Shown here in pieces: positions 31,316-40,511 of a DNA stretch of 64,000 bases. The stretch lies in contig CAYQAO010000001.1 in NCBI GenBank assembly GCA_964415485.1, positions 1,756-65,755 of the forward strand, written 5' to 3'. The notes below the pieces were generated by a model that saw nothing but the letters and a program-made list of their open reading frames with translations, did no database searches and was not told the origin of the DNA. The stretch comes from an uncultured Gemmatimonadaceae bacterium (GTDB lineage Bacteria; Gemmatimonadota; Gemmatimonadetes; Gemmatimonadales; Gemmatimonadaceae). The stretch's first letter is position 1; each line of letters opens with the position of its first letter. The translations under genes and the position numbers were made by a program.

Positions 31316-32877
31316 GGCCGCAGCGCCTCCAGGCGTGCTGCGCGGCGCCACGCCGGGTTCTCCTCGGCCGGTACGTTCGCGGCACTTCCCGCAGCACCGG
31401 GCGCGCCGGCACCGCCGTCGACTGAAGACACTCCGCTCGCCGCGCGTGCCCGGTCGGCATCGGCCAGGAGCGCAGCGACAATGGCAGCAATGCGGACCTG
31501 CTCGTCAGGCGGCGACACCGCCGTCAGAGAATCCAGGTTCTGCTCCAGCCACTGAATGGACACCTTCCCCGACCGGTAGTCGGGATGCTCCATCACTCGA
31601 AGATGGAAGTCTCGGGACGTCTCCACGCCCGAGATCACGAGCTCATGCAGGGCGCGGCGCATGCGCGCAACGGCCTCGTCCCGCGAGCTTCCATGCACTA
31701 TCAGCTTGGCGAGCATCGGGTCGTAGAAGAGGCCGATCTCGCTTCCAGCATCAATACCGCCGTCCCACCGTACACCCGGTCCTCCGGGGACATGCAGGTA
31801 CTCTATGCGACCCGTGGAGGGCAGGAATCCGTTGGCCGGGTCCTCACTCGTTATGCGGCACTCTATCGCCCAGCCGCGCGGGACGATATCCTCCTGCCGA
31901 AACGGGAGCGTGTCGCCTGCGGCCACGCGCAGCTGCCACTGCACCAGGTCGATTCCCGTCACCAGCTCGGTAACGGGATGCTCCACCTGGATGCGCGTGT
32001 TCATCTCCAGGAAGTAGAAGTTCCCGTCCCGGTCGAGCAGGAACTCGCACGTGCCAGCGTTCTCGTAGCCCACCGCTCGTGCGGCGGCCACGGCAGTCTC
32101 TCCCATCCGCCCACGCAGGGCGGCATCCACGGCAACGCTGGGCGCCTCCTCGATCATCTTCTGGTGGCGACGCTGGATGGAGCACTCCCGCTCGCCCAGG
32201 TGGAGCACATTGCCGTGGCGGTCTGCAAGCACCTGCACCTCCACGTGCCTCGGCCCCTCTATGTACTTCTCCACGTACACCGCGTCGTCTCCGAAGGCGG
32301 CCCGTGCCTCACGACGCGCCGCCTCCAGCGCACCGGGAAGCTCGGCCGCCTGCCGCACGACACGCATGCCCTTCCCGCCCCCGCCCGCGGCCGCCTTCAG
32401 AAGCACCGGATAGCCGAACCCCTCCGCTATGGCGGCTGCCTCCTCGGCATCGCGCAGCGCATCCTGTGTTCCCGGCACCACTGGAACGCCGGCAGACGTC
32501 ACCAGCGCACGGGCCGCGGTCTTGCTGCCCATGCTCTCGATCGCCTCGGCAGACGGTCCGATCCACACCAGGCCGGCGTCGCGTACCGCACGCGCGAACC
32601 ACGCGCGCTCCGCAAGAAAGCCGTAACCCGGGTGGATCGCCTCGGCGCCTGACGCGAGGGCCGCCTCGACTATCCGTTCGCCAGCCAGGTAGCTCTCCGA
32701 CGATGGCGATGCGCCGATGTGCACGGCCCTGTCAGCGGCACGAACGTGCGGGGCGCCCGCGTCCGCGTCGCTGTACACCGCCACCGACTCGACACCCAGC
32801 TCTCGACATGCCCGCACGATGCGCAGCGCAATCTCGCCGCGGTTGGCGACGAGAACGGAGGAGAAGGCCTTCGTCAC
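31312..32877 (-). CDS. accC: biotin carboxylase subunit of an acyl-CoA carboxylase
   Basis: [17 protein letters not shown]-terminus, ATP-grasp [10 protein letters not shown], about 70-aa C-terminal extension. Confidence 0.9.
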   Translation of the reverse strand: MTKAFSSVLVANRGEIALRIVRACRELGVESVAVYSDADAGAPHVRAADRAVHIGASPSSESYLAGERIVEAALASGAEAIHPGYGFLAERAWFARAVRDAGLVWIGPSAEAIESMGSKTAARALVTSAGVPVVPGTQDALRDAEEAAAIAEGFGYPVLLKAAAGGGGKGMRVVRQAAELPGALEAARREARAAFGDDAVYVEKYIEGPRHVEVQVLADRHGNVLHLGERECSIQRRHQKMIEEAPSVAVDAALRGRMGETAVAAARAVGYENAGTCEFLLDRDGNFYFLEMNTRIQVEHPVTELVTGIDLVQWQLRVAAGDTLPFRQEDIVPRGWAIECRITSEDPANGFLPSTGRIEYLHVPGGPGVRWDGGIDAGSEIGLFYDPMLAKLIVHGSSRDEAVARMRRALHELVISGVETSRDFHLRVMEHPDYRSGKVSIQWLEQNLDSLTAVSPPDEQVRIAAIVAALLADADRARAASGVSSVDGGAGAPGAAGSAANVPAEENPAWRRAARLEALRP

Positions 32878-34418
32878 AGCGGCATCGTCCCGTGCTTCCT
32901 GGGCGGGTTGCTGTCCCGCTTGCCCTGAAGCGTGTCGAGCGCGCTGATGAGGCGCGGCCGGGTTTCGCGGGGGTCTATCACGTCGTCCAGGTACCCGCGT
33001 CCGGCAGCGATGTACGGGTGTGCGAAACGCTCGCGGTACTCCTCGATGCGCGCATCCGTCGCGGCAGCGGGATCGTCCGACGCCGCGATCTCCTTTCGGT
33101 ACAGGATCTCAACCGCACCCTTAGGGCCCATCACGGCGATCTCCGCCGTGGGCCATGCCACGTTGTAGTCGCCGCGTATGTGCTTCGAGCTCATCACGTC
33201 GTAGGCCCCGCCGTACGCCTTGCGCGTTATGACGGTGAGCTTCGGCACGGTGGCCTCGCAGTACGCGTACAGCAGCTTCGCGCCGTGCTTGATGATCCCG
33301 CCGTGCTCCTGGCCCACGCCCGGAAGGAATCCCGGAACGTCTTCGAGTGTCACGATTGGAATGTTGAACGCATCGCAGAAGCGGATGAAGCGCGCGGCCT
33401 TCACCGACGCACCGATGTCCAGAACTCCCGCCAGGACCGCCGGCTGGTTGGCAACCACGCCAACACTGTAGCCGCCAAGGTGCGCGAATCCGCAGATGAT
33501 GTTCGCGGCGTAGTTCGGCTGCACCTCGTAGAACTCCCCGTCGTCCACCACACGACGGATCACGTCGTGCATGTCGTAAGGCTTGTTAGGATTGTCCGGA
33601 ACGATGTCCAGCATCTCCTCGTCGCGACGATCACGGGGATCCGTGCCTGCGCCGCGCGGCGGGTCATCCAGGTTGTTCGACGGGATGTAACGGAACAGGT
33701 CGCGGATTGCCGTAAGGCACTCCACTTCCGAGTCGTGCGTGAAGTGCGCCACGCCCGAAGTGCTCGCGTGCGTATCGGCGCCGCCGAGCTCCTCCATGGT
33801 CACGTCCTCGTGCGTCACAGTCTTCACCACGTTGGGGCCGGTGACGAACATGTACGACGTTCCGCGAACCATGTAGATGAAGTCGGTGATCGCCGGTGAG
33901 TACACGGCGCCGCCTGCACAGGGGCCCAGGATCGCGGAGATCTGCGGCACGACCCCGGACGCGAGCGTGTTGCGCAGGAAGATGTCGGCATAGCCGCCGA
34001 GGGACACCACACCTTCCTGGATGCGCGCGCCGCCCGAGTCGTTGAGGCCGATCACCGGCGCACCATTCCGCACGGCCAGGTCCATCACCTTGCAGATCCT
34101 CGCGGCGTGCGCCTCCGACAGGGACCCGCCGAACACGGTGAAATCCTGCGAGAAGACGTATACCAGACGTCCGTTCACTCGCCCGTATCCGGTGACGACA
34201 CCGTCGCCATAAATCGGGTCGCCTCCGTTCTCCACGCTGCGCGCGGTAACGAAGCGATCGATCTCCACGAAGCTTCCCTCGTCCAGCAGGACGTCCAGGC
34301 GCTCCCTGGCGGACAGCTTCCCCTTTGCGTGCTGTGCAGCGAGACGCTCCGCCCCTCCACCGAGCTCGGACTCGGCGCGGCGGCGCTCAAGCAGCGCCAG
34401 CTTCTCGGCCATTGACAT
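32874..34418 (-). CDS. acyl-CoA carboxylase carboxyltransferase subunit (propionyl-CoA carboxylase beta / methylmalonyl-CoA carboxyltransferase-like)
   Basis: 514 aa with two crotonase-like CT halves; motifs [13 protein letters not shown] and [13 protein letters not shown]. Confidence 0.9.
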   Translation of the reverse strand: MSMAEKLALLERRRAESELGGGAERLAAQHAKGKLSARERLDVLLDEGSFVEIDRFVTARSVENGGDPIYGDGVVTGYGRVNGRLVYVFSQDFTVFGGSLSEAHAARICKVMDLAVRNGAPVIGLNDSGGARIQEGVVSLGGYADIFLRNTLASGVVPQISAILGPCAGGAVYSPAITDFIYMVRGTSYMFVTGPNVVKTVTHEDVTMEELGGADTHASTSGVAHFTHDSEVECLTAIRDLFRYIPSNNLDDPPRGAGTDPRDRRDEEMLDIVPDNPNKPYDMHDVIRRVVDDGEFYEVQPNYAANIICGFAHLGGYSVGVVANQPAVLAGVLDIGASVKAARFIRFCDAFNIPIVTLEDVPGFLPGVGQEHGGIIKHGAKLLYAYCEATVPKLTVITRKAYGGAYDVMSSKHIRGDYNVAWPTAEIAVMGPKGAVEILYRKEIAASDDPAAATDARIEEYRERFAHPYIAAGRGYLDDVIDPRETRPRLISALDTLQGKRDSNPPRKHGTMPL

Positions 34419-34500
34419 GGCGGCAAGCTAGCCTCCACAGCGGCAGGGCTGCAATCCGGTGACGGTGCGGAGTACCGCGTGGGCTTCACTCCCAGCCGGG

Positions 34501-34546
34501 AAAAGCATGCGGCCCCCGGTTCCATCTGGAACCGGGGGCCGCATGC
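34501..34546 (-). terminator. rho-independent terminator after rpsA
   Basis: Perfect 19-bp stem GCATGCGGCCCCCGGTTCC/GGAACCGGGGGCCGCATGC (34505..34546) followed on the minus strand by TTTTCCC. Confidence 0.65.
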
Positions 34547-34561
34547 ATAACGCGGGAGGGA

Positions 34562-36445
34562 TCAGGCGCTCGCGTCGTCCTGCGACTCTGCGTCCGTCTC
34601 CTGAGCCTCGGGCGCCGGAGCCTCGGCAGAAGCCTGGGCGCCGCCATCCGCACTCATATGATCTTCCTCGTCGCTCATGATCACCGTGGAGCCACCCTCC
34701 GGGCGAGGAGGCTGGTCCTCTGGGATGTTCGTCACGGAGAGCACGATGCGGCGGTGGATCGGATCCACCTCCATCACGCGCACATCCAGACGCATTCCCT
34801 CCCACGCAACGTCCGCGGGGTTGTTGGTGATCTCACCGGCAACCGCCAACTGGCTCACGGGAACGAAGCCTTCGATGTCGTTGCCCATGTCCACCACCAC
34901 GCCCTTGTCCATCAGGCGAACGATGGTGGCACCCTCCACGTCCATGCCGACCGGGTAGGTCTCGCCGATACGGAGCCACGGATCCTCCTCGGCCTGCTTG
35001 AGGCCGAGGCTGATGCGCTTGTTCTCCGCGTCGATGTTGAGGATGACCACGTCCACCGTATCGCCCTTCTTCACAACCTCCGACGGGTGCTGAACGCGCT
35101 TGGTCCAGGACATGTCGGAGATGTGGATGAGGCCGTCTATGCCGGGCTCGATCTCAACGAACGCGCCGAAGCTCGTGAGGTTGCGGACCTTGCCGCTGAT
35201 CCGCGTACCCACGGGGTACTTGAGGGGGAGCACCATCCATGGATCCTGCTCGGTCTGCTTCATGCCGAGCGAGATCTTCTCCTCCTCCGGATCCACCTTG
35301 AGCACCACTGCCTCGATCGTCTCGCCGATGGACACGAGCTTGGAGGGGTGCCTCACGTTGCGCGTCCAGCTCATCTCGCTGATGTGCACCAGGCCTTCGA
35401 TGCCCGGCTGCAGCTCGATGAACGCACCGTAGTTCGTGATGGACACGACCTTGCCGGTGACGCGCGTACCCACCGGGAAGCGCTCCGCGACGTCCTTCCA
35501 CGGATACGGCTGGAGCTGCTTGAGGCCGAGCGAGATGCGCTCGCGATCCCAGTCAATGTCCAGAACCTTGACCTCGAGCTCCTGTCCGATCTGCACCATC
35601 TCGCTCGGATGCGAGATGCGGCCCCACGACATGTCGGTGATGTGGAGGAGTCCGTCCACGCCGCCGAGGTCGATGAAGGCGCCGAAGTCCGTGATGTTCT
35701 TCACGACGCCCTTCCGCACCTGATCCTTGGCAAGCTCCTTCATGAGCTTCTCGCGCTTGCCGGCGCGCTCGGTCTCCAGGATCACGCGGCGCGACACAAC
35801 GATGTTGCGGCGGCGCTTGTTGAGCTTGATGATCTTGAACTCGTACTTCTGGCCCAGCAGCTCGTCGATGTTCGGAACGCGGCGAAGCGCGATCTGCGAA
35901 CCCGGGAGGAACGCGTCCACGCCCATGAGGTCCACGACCACACCGCCCTTGATCTTCTTGACGAGCGTGCCCTCGACGGGCTCGTCGTTCTCGTAGGCGA
36001 CACGGATGCGCTCCCACACGCGCATGAAGTCGGCCTTCTTCTTGGAGAGGACGACCGAGCCTTCCTGGTCTTCGAGATGCTCGAGAAGGACCTCGACCTC
36101 GTCACCAACCTTGAGGTCCGGCATGTCCTTGAACTCCTCGAGCGGTACGGTGCCCTCCGACTTGAAGCCGATGTCGAGGACCACCATGTTCTCGCGGACT
36201 TCCATGACCTTCGCGGAGACGATTTCGCCCTCCTCGATGGAGGCCATCGTCCCCTGGTACATCTCTATCATCGCCTCGAACTCTTCGGACGAGTATTCGT
36301 CCTCCTCATAGAGCTCGGGGCGGCGGTTGGCGAGCGGACGCAGCTGCGACCGCTGGAGGTCGCGCTTCTGCCTGGGCGTGAGCTGGGCGGCTTCGCTGGC
36401 GTCGTCCACGCCGGTTGTGACGTTTTCCTGTACGAGTTCGGTCAT
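34562..36445 (-). CDS. rpsA: 30S ribosomal protein S1
   Basis: 627 aa with six S1/OB repeats (recurrent GxV...FGAFV/I..., GLxHISE/D motifs) and an acidic C-terminal tail. Confidence 0.95.
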   Translation of the reverse strand: MTELVQENVTTGVDDASEAAQLTPRQKRDLQRSQLRPLANRRPELYEEDEYSSEEFEAMIEMYQGTMASIEEGEIVSAKVMEVRENMVVLDIGFKSEGTVPLEEFKDMPDLKVGDEVEVLLEHLEDQEGSVVLSKKKADFMRVWERIRVAYENDEPVEGTLVKKIKGGVVVDLMGVDAFLPGSQIALRRVPNIDELLGQKYEFKIIKLNKRRRNIVVSRRVILETERAGKREKLMKELAKDQVRKGVVKNITDFGAFIDLGGVDGLLHITDMSWGRISHPSEMVQIGQELEVKVLDIDWDRERISLGLKQLQPYPWKDVAERFPVGTRVTGKVVSITNYGAFIELQPGIEGLVHISEMSWTRNVRHPSKLVSIGETIEAVVLKVDPEEEKISLGMKQTEQDPWMVLPLKYPVGTRISGKVRNLTSFGAFVEIEPGIDGLIHISDMSWTKRVQHPSEVVKKGDTVDVVILNIDAENKRISLGLKQAEEDPWLRIGETYPVGMDVEGATIVRLMDKGVVVDMGNDIEGFVPVSQLAVAGEITNNPADVAWEGMRLDVRVMEVDPIHRRIVLSVTNIPEDQPPRPEGGSTVIMSDEEDHMSADGGAQASAEAPAPEAQETDAESQDDASA

Positions 36446-36571
36446 ACCGAAGGATGTTCTCCCAAGCGCGGATTTATTCTCGCCGCAACGAGTCCTGAAG
36501 GGTGAGAGACGATTAAAGCCGGCCAGCCCCCGATTGGTCGGCCGTCCGGCGATACCTCTTGCAAGCCCTGC

Positions 36572-36600
36572 AATCTACGTGCTAGCGAAAGGGGCGTCAA
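36572..36600 (-). promoter_or_regulatory. sigma70-like promoter candidate for rpsA
   Basis: Minus strand reads TTGACG-17 nt-TAGATT. The -35 overlaps the cmk stop codon. Implies a leader of about 125 nt. Confidence 0.5.
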
Positions 36601-37316
36601 CCGGCAGGGACACCTGCCTGTTCGTCGCTCGCAGGATCATCAATTCGGGCAGCCGCACGGGCCAGCGCCACGATCCGCTCCACCTGCTCCCGCTGAGTCA
36701 GGTACGTCGTATCCACCAGCACCGCATCCCGTGCCTGCACAGTCTGCGTGGCATCCCGGGCATCCCGCTGCACCAGTCGTTCCGTCTCCTCGGCAATCTC
36801 CTCGTCCAGCGGGCGACGCTCCAGCCTCTGCAGCAGGCGACGTCGAGCTCGCTCCCACGGATCGGCCACCAGGAAGATCTTCATCTGAGCGTCGGGGAAC
36901 ACCGCCGTGCCGATGTCGCGACCATCCACCACCACCGACATTCCATCGGCGATCTCCCTCACGCGAGCGTTCACCCAGTCGCGTACGCGCGGTCGCGTGG
37001 CAACGGCCGACACCGCTCGCGTAACGGCCTCGTCCCTGATGCGCTCCTCTGCTTCATCGCCGTCAATGAGCACGCGAAACGAATGCTCGCGTGGAACCAG
37101 GCTCACCCTCGCAGCGGCCTCGAGCAGGGAGTCGTCGGACCACTCGTCCGGCGAGCCGCCGAGGTCGAGCCTGGCGGCCGTGACGCCCCGGTACAGGGCG
37201 CCGGAGTCCACGTGGCGATAGCCGAGTTCCTGCGCAACCCACTGGGCCGTGCTCGACTTCCCGCTCGCGGCAGGACCGTCAATGGCTATGACCTGATGCT
37301 TCCGCGGTTGCGTCAT
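36597..37316 (-). CDS. cmk: (d)CMP kinase
   Basis: P-loop IAIDGPAASGKSSTA. ATGA overlap with the aroA stop. Confidence 0.9.
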   Translation of the reverse strand: MTQPRKHQVIAIDGPAASGKSSTAQWVAQELGYRHVDSGALYRGVTAARLDLGGSPDEWSDDSLLEAAARVSLVPREHSFRVLIDGDEAEERIRDEAVTRAVSAVATRPRVRDWVNARVREIADGMSVVVDGRDIGTAVFPDAQMKIFLVADPWERARRRLLQRLERRPLDEEIAEETERLVQRDARDATQTVQARDAVLVDTTYLTQREQVERIVALARAAARIDDPASDEQAGVPAG

Positions 37317-38590
37317 CGCGTGAGGCTCGCCAGGTCGGACCAGAAACCCGGATAGCTCACGGTCACGCAGTCCGGATCGTCCAGCACCACCTCGTTGCCC
37401 GGCAGGGCACCGAGTACGCCAAAAGCCATCGCCATTCGATGGTCCCCGTGAGTCCGGACGCTGCCTGCAAGCGGACGCCTCACGCCGCGCACAACCAGGC
37501 CATCAGGCAGTTCCTCGGCCGAGGCGCCAATGCCGTTCAGCCCCGATACCAGCGTGGCGATCCTGTCGCTCTCCTTCACGCGCAGCTCCCCGGCCCCAAG
37601 TATCCGCGTTTCGCCCTCGGCCAGCGCGGCGAGGCATGCGAGTACCGGCAGTTCGTCAATGACGCCCGGCACCTCGGACGGCTCGATGGTGATCCCGCGA
37701 AGCGTCGAGGGCCTCACGACCACGGTCGCCACGGGCTCTTCCCAGCCCTGCTGCTCTACGAGCGAGATTGACGCGCCCATCCTGCCGAGTGCAGCCAGGA
37801 AGCCGGCCCGCGCCGGCGACACGCATACGTCAGGCAGCTCCACGCCTGCCGCCCCTGCACCGCCAGCCGCTGCGAATGCCGCCGGGAACGCGGCCGAGGA
37901 AGGGTCCGCCGGGACCCATACGTCGGTGGCCGGCAGCGATGCAACCGGGGCGAGCCTGACGAGACCGTCCTGCGACGAGACGGGCACGCCTCGTGAGGCA
38001 AGCATCCGCTCGGTATGATCCCGCGAGAGCTGCGGCTCGCGGACAGCCGCCGGCACGCCAGCAACGAGGGCTGCAAGGAGGATGGCACTCTTCACCTGGG
38101 CGGAGGCCACCTCCGACTGCCACTCTGTCTCGTGCAGCGCCCCGCCGAAAAGCTCCATCGGAAGCGTGCCTTCACTCGTCACGCCTATCCTCGCGCCCAT
38201 TGCCGTGAGCGGCGCGACCACCCGACGCATGGGGCGGCGCGAGAGACTCGCGTCCCCCACGAGCGTTGCCCGCGTCCCGGCTCCCGCGATCACGCCCGCG
38301 AGCAACCGCGCGCTCGTGCCGCTGTTGCCGCAGTCAACAGGGCTGCCTGGCGACCGAAGACCTCGCAGCGAGACACCCTTCACCAGCCAGAAATCCGGAT
38401 GCTCGTGCACCTCCGCCCCCAGAGCCCGGAGCGCATTGGCGGTCGCTCGCACGTCCGCCGAATCCAGGATTCCATATACCCTGCCGTCGCCGTCGGCGAG
38501 TGCTGCGAGAATCAGCGCCCGATGCGAGATGCTCTTGTCACCGGGTACACGTAACCGGTGCGGTGCGGTGTGAGATTCGAGAACTGGCAT
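37313..38590 (-). CDS. aroA: 3-phosphoshikimate 1-carboxyvinyltransferase (EPSP synthase)
   Basis: ORF 37313..38671 trimmed to ATG 38590. Motifs LRVPGDKSISHRALILAALA and NSGTSARLL. Confidence 0.9.
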   Translation of the reverse strand: MPVLESHTAPHRLRVPGDKSISHRALILAALADGDGRVYGILDSADVRATANALRALGAEVHEHPDFWLVKGVSLRGLRSPGSPVDCGNSGTSARLLAGVIAGAGTRATLVGDASLSRRPMRRVVAPLTAMGARIGVTSEGTLPMELFGGALHETEWQSEVASAQVKSAILLAALVAGVPAAVREPQLSRDHTERMLASRGVPVSSQDGLVRLAPVASLPATDVWVPADPSSAAFPAAFAAAGGAGAAGVELPDVCVSPARAGFLAALGRMGASISLVEQQGWEEPVATVVVRPSTLRGITIEPSEVPGVIDELPVLACLAALAEGETRILGAGELRVKESDRIATLVSGLNGIGASAEELPDGLVVRGVRRPLAGSVRTHGDHRMAMAFGVLGALPGNEVVLDDPDCVTVSYPGFWSDLASLTR

Positions 38591-38686
38591 ACCGCCAGCA
38601 AGATACGCGGGTAGCGCTCGACCCGACACTGATCGGGATCGTATCGCCCGCCAAGCGCGAATCGGGCGCACCTCCCGACCGCGTGC

Positions 38687-39283
38687 TCACGGTCCGGATT
38701 CAGCAGCCTCCGATCGATCCGGCTGCGCTTCATCGGCAGCAAGCGTCATCGCGCCGTCCACCTTCTCCACGAACATGCGAAGCAGGAGCCGACTGGCCGC
38801 ACGGGCGAACGCCGAATGCTCGCGAGCTCCCAGGTCGCCCGTTCGCTCGAGTTCCGTGTCGCCCAGTATGCGGGCGCCGTCGCGGAACAGCATGAAGGTG
38901 TCCAGAGCCTGTCGAGACATCAGCAGATCGCCGGACAGTCGGTCGAAGTCACTGGCCGACCGCACGTCCGCCAGCTCGGGAATGACACCGGCGTCAATCC
39001 CTGCTTCGTCAATGGCGGCCCTGGTCGCCGCCCCCGAATCGATGCTTTCGCCGTAAGCCTCGAGAGCACGCTGATGAACGTGCATCGGCGACGAGAAACG
39101 CTCGCAGAGCTCGCGAAGCCTCCGGTCTGCGGAAGACTCCCGGTGGAGTTCCAACGCCGCGCAGAAGCGCCGGTGCTGCACTACCGCGCGCACGACCAGC
39201 GAACGGAGGAAACTCATCGCTCCCTGCATTGCAAAGTCTCCGGCTTGAGGGCTGGGGGAGTTCGATTGCAAGCGGGCAGCCAT
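38687..39283 (-). CDS. hypothetical protein (predicted all-helical)
   Basis: 198-aa ORF with protein-like composition, divergent from the plus-strand unit at 39524. No motif I can name. Start is uncertain, with internal ATGs at residues 19 and 23. Confidence 0.5.
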   Translation of the reverse strand: MAARLQSNSPSPQAGDFAMQGAMSFLRSLVVRAVVQHRRFCAALELHRESSADRRLRELCERFSSPMHVHQRALEAYGESIDSGAATRAAIDEAGIDAGVIPELADVRSASDFDRLSGDLLMSRQALDTFMLFRDGARILGDTELERTGDLGAREHSAFARAASRLLLRMFVEKVDGAMTLAADEAQPDRSEAAESGP

Positions 39284-39454
39284 TCGGCGTCAGAAGCCGA
39301 AATCACCCGTTGCGGACCGGCGGACGGCCATCGCGTTCGTTGGACCGAGCCCTCCCGGGCCGTGGCCTCAGGCGCCCTCGCCGACGTGCCAGGCGGGCCG
39401 CGTCTCCCCAGGGAAAGCCTCCGAAACCGCCCTGAAATTCGCCTCCCGAAAGTG

Positions 39455-39482
39455 TTGACCGAGCCTTCCCGACCGTTAGTAT
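39455..39482 (+). promoter_or_regulatory. sigma70-like promoter candidate for the 39524-41423 unit
   Basis: TTGACC-16 nt-TAGTAT, about 40 nt upstream of ATG 39524. GGCGGAGAG Shine-Dalgarno lies just before the ATG. Confidence 0.45.
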
Positions 39483-39495
39483 TCACTACCGAATA
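39480..39495. promoter_or_regulatory. inverted repeat overlapping the -10 box (operator candidate)
   Basis: Perfect TATTC-N6-GAATA palindrome. It is an AT-rich element in a GC-rich context and spans the -10 box and the likely transcription start. Confidence 0.3.
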
Positions 39496-39523
39496 TTTAC
39501 CGAAAGGACTGGACGGCGGAGAG

Positions 39524-40429
39524 ATGTCGAAGGCAGGCGTTGGGAGAACCGGACCCCGCGCACGCGGGGCGAAAGGTTCGTCCCGGCGGGGCAGCGCTGC
39601 GGGCGTGTCAGCAGGATCGAGAGGTGGGCCTGGTCGTTCTGACAGCGGCAGGAAGGGAGCCGCGAGCGGAGCCACGAAGACCAGCGGCGCCGGGCCTGCC
39701 AGGCAACGAGCAGGGTCCAACGGCGCCAGGAAGGCTGCCGGCGAGACGCCGGTGGGCAGGAAGCCCGCCGCGCGAAGGGCACCGGCAACCAGGAAGCCCG
39801 CCTCCCGCAAGGCACCGGCAACCAGGAAGCCCGCCTCCAAGGAGACGCCGGCAAGGAGGCTCGCCGCCAGGAAGGCGCCCGCCAGGAAATCCACCGCCCG
39901 GAAGGCGCCGACCCGGAAGTCCGCCGGTCGAAAGGCTCCGGACAGGAAATCCGCCGCTCGGAAGGTGCCGGCCAGGAAGCCCGCCGCTCGGAAGGCCGCA
40001 TCGGTCCGCAAGACCGCACCTGCCCGACCCGCGCCGAAGACAGCGCGGAAGTCCGCTGGCAGGAAGCGCACGGCGGGAAGCGCCACTCTCGCTCGTGCAC
40101 GCGGGAGGGAGTCCGGCGGTGCAACCAGCTCGGCACGTCAGGCGCCTCGCAAGGGCGCTCTGAGAAAGACGACCTCGAGGAAGACGAATCGGCGCGTGCA
40201 TCCGGCCTCGTCAGGCGCAGCGGAGCGGCAGGTGCAGGTCAAGGCACTCGACCCGGTCGCCAAGTGCGGACCGAACACGAGCGTGGAGGAGCTCTACAGG
40301 GTGAACGAGGTCGTGGGCGACGTGGCCACCGTACACCTGGTCTTTCTGGACCACTATGGCTGGTACTGCATTCATGGCCGCGACTGCCGCGCGGTCAGTG
40401 ACGCGAAGCGATTCGGCGGCAGAAGGTAG
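39524..40429 (+). CDS. basic repeat (histone H1/AlgP-like) protein with C-terminal Cys/His domain
   Basis: 301 aa starting at ATG 39524 with a good SD. Residues 1-225 are almost only K/R/A/P/G/S/T with ARKAPxRK-type repeats. Residues about 235-295 form a distinct domain, VKALDPVAKCGPNTSVEELYRV...HYGWYCIHGRDCRAV. ORF 38816..40429 in the track is trimmed. Confidence 0.7.
   Translation: MSKAGVGRTGPRARGAKGSSRRGSAAGVSAGSRGGPGRSDSGRKGAASGATKTSGAGPARQRAGSNGARKAAGETPVGRKPAARRAPATRKPASRKAPATRKPASKETPARRLAARKAPARKSTARKAPTRKSAGRKAPDRKSAARKVPARKPAARKAASVRKTAPARPAPKTARKSAGRKRTAGSATLARARGRESGGATSSARQAPRKGALRKTTSRKTNRRVHPASSGAAERQVQVKALDPVAKCGPNTSVEELYRVNEVVGDVATVHLVFLDHYGWYCIHGRDCRAVSDAKRFGGRR
39755..40003 (+). 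repeat. intragenic tandem repeats encoding (A/P)xRK(A/P/S) units
   Basis: An exact 27-nt repeat GCACCGGCAACCAGGAAGCCCGCCTCC occurs at 39779..39805 and 39812..39838 (33-nt period). It is followed by degenerate 24-nt units encoding ARKAPARKSTARKAPTRKSAGRKAPDRKSAARKVPARKPAARKAA. Confidence 0.7.
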
Positions 40430-40511
40430 GGGCTCATCGGACCTCGGGAGAGCACAGACCGTGCACCTGAATCCCTGACCCCACGGACGACACAAAACGG
40501 TTGGAGGAGAG

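Noticed and set aside
34658-36505. Very long antisense ORFs opposite real genes: 34658..36505 (615 aa), 29582..31555 (657 aa), 32079..33899 (606 aa), 41810..43672 (620 aa), 43654..45498 (614 aa), 13764..15116, 15960..17477, 48177..49934, 53526..55169
   Set aside because: Their translations are Arg/His/Gly/Pro-rich with no recognisable motifs. Each mirrors a gene with clear homology-type motifs. Stop-free antisense frames are expected in high-GC DNA.
39480-39495. Whether the palindrome is a known SOS or radiation-response operator
   Set aside because: TATTC-N6-GAATA does not match the LexA boxes I know (CTGT-N8-ACAG, GAAC-N4-GTTC, GTTC-N7-GTTC), nor the Deinococcus RDRM palindrome as I remember it. 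It is kept only as an unassigned operator candidate.
38816-39523. Upstream 236 codons of track ORF 38816..40429
   Set aside because: This part is antisense to the 38687..39283 ORF and then crosses the intergenic promoter region. A promoter-like element, an SD and an ATG at 39524 give a coherent start for the basic repeat protein.
39755-40003. Tandem repeat array as a possible CRISPR or minisatellite
   Set aside because: The repeats are in frame inside a CDS, contiguous without spacers, and encode the basic peptide repeats. There are no CRISPR-like repeat-spacer units anywhere in the window.
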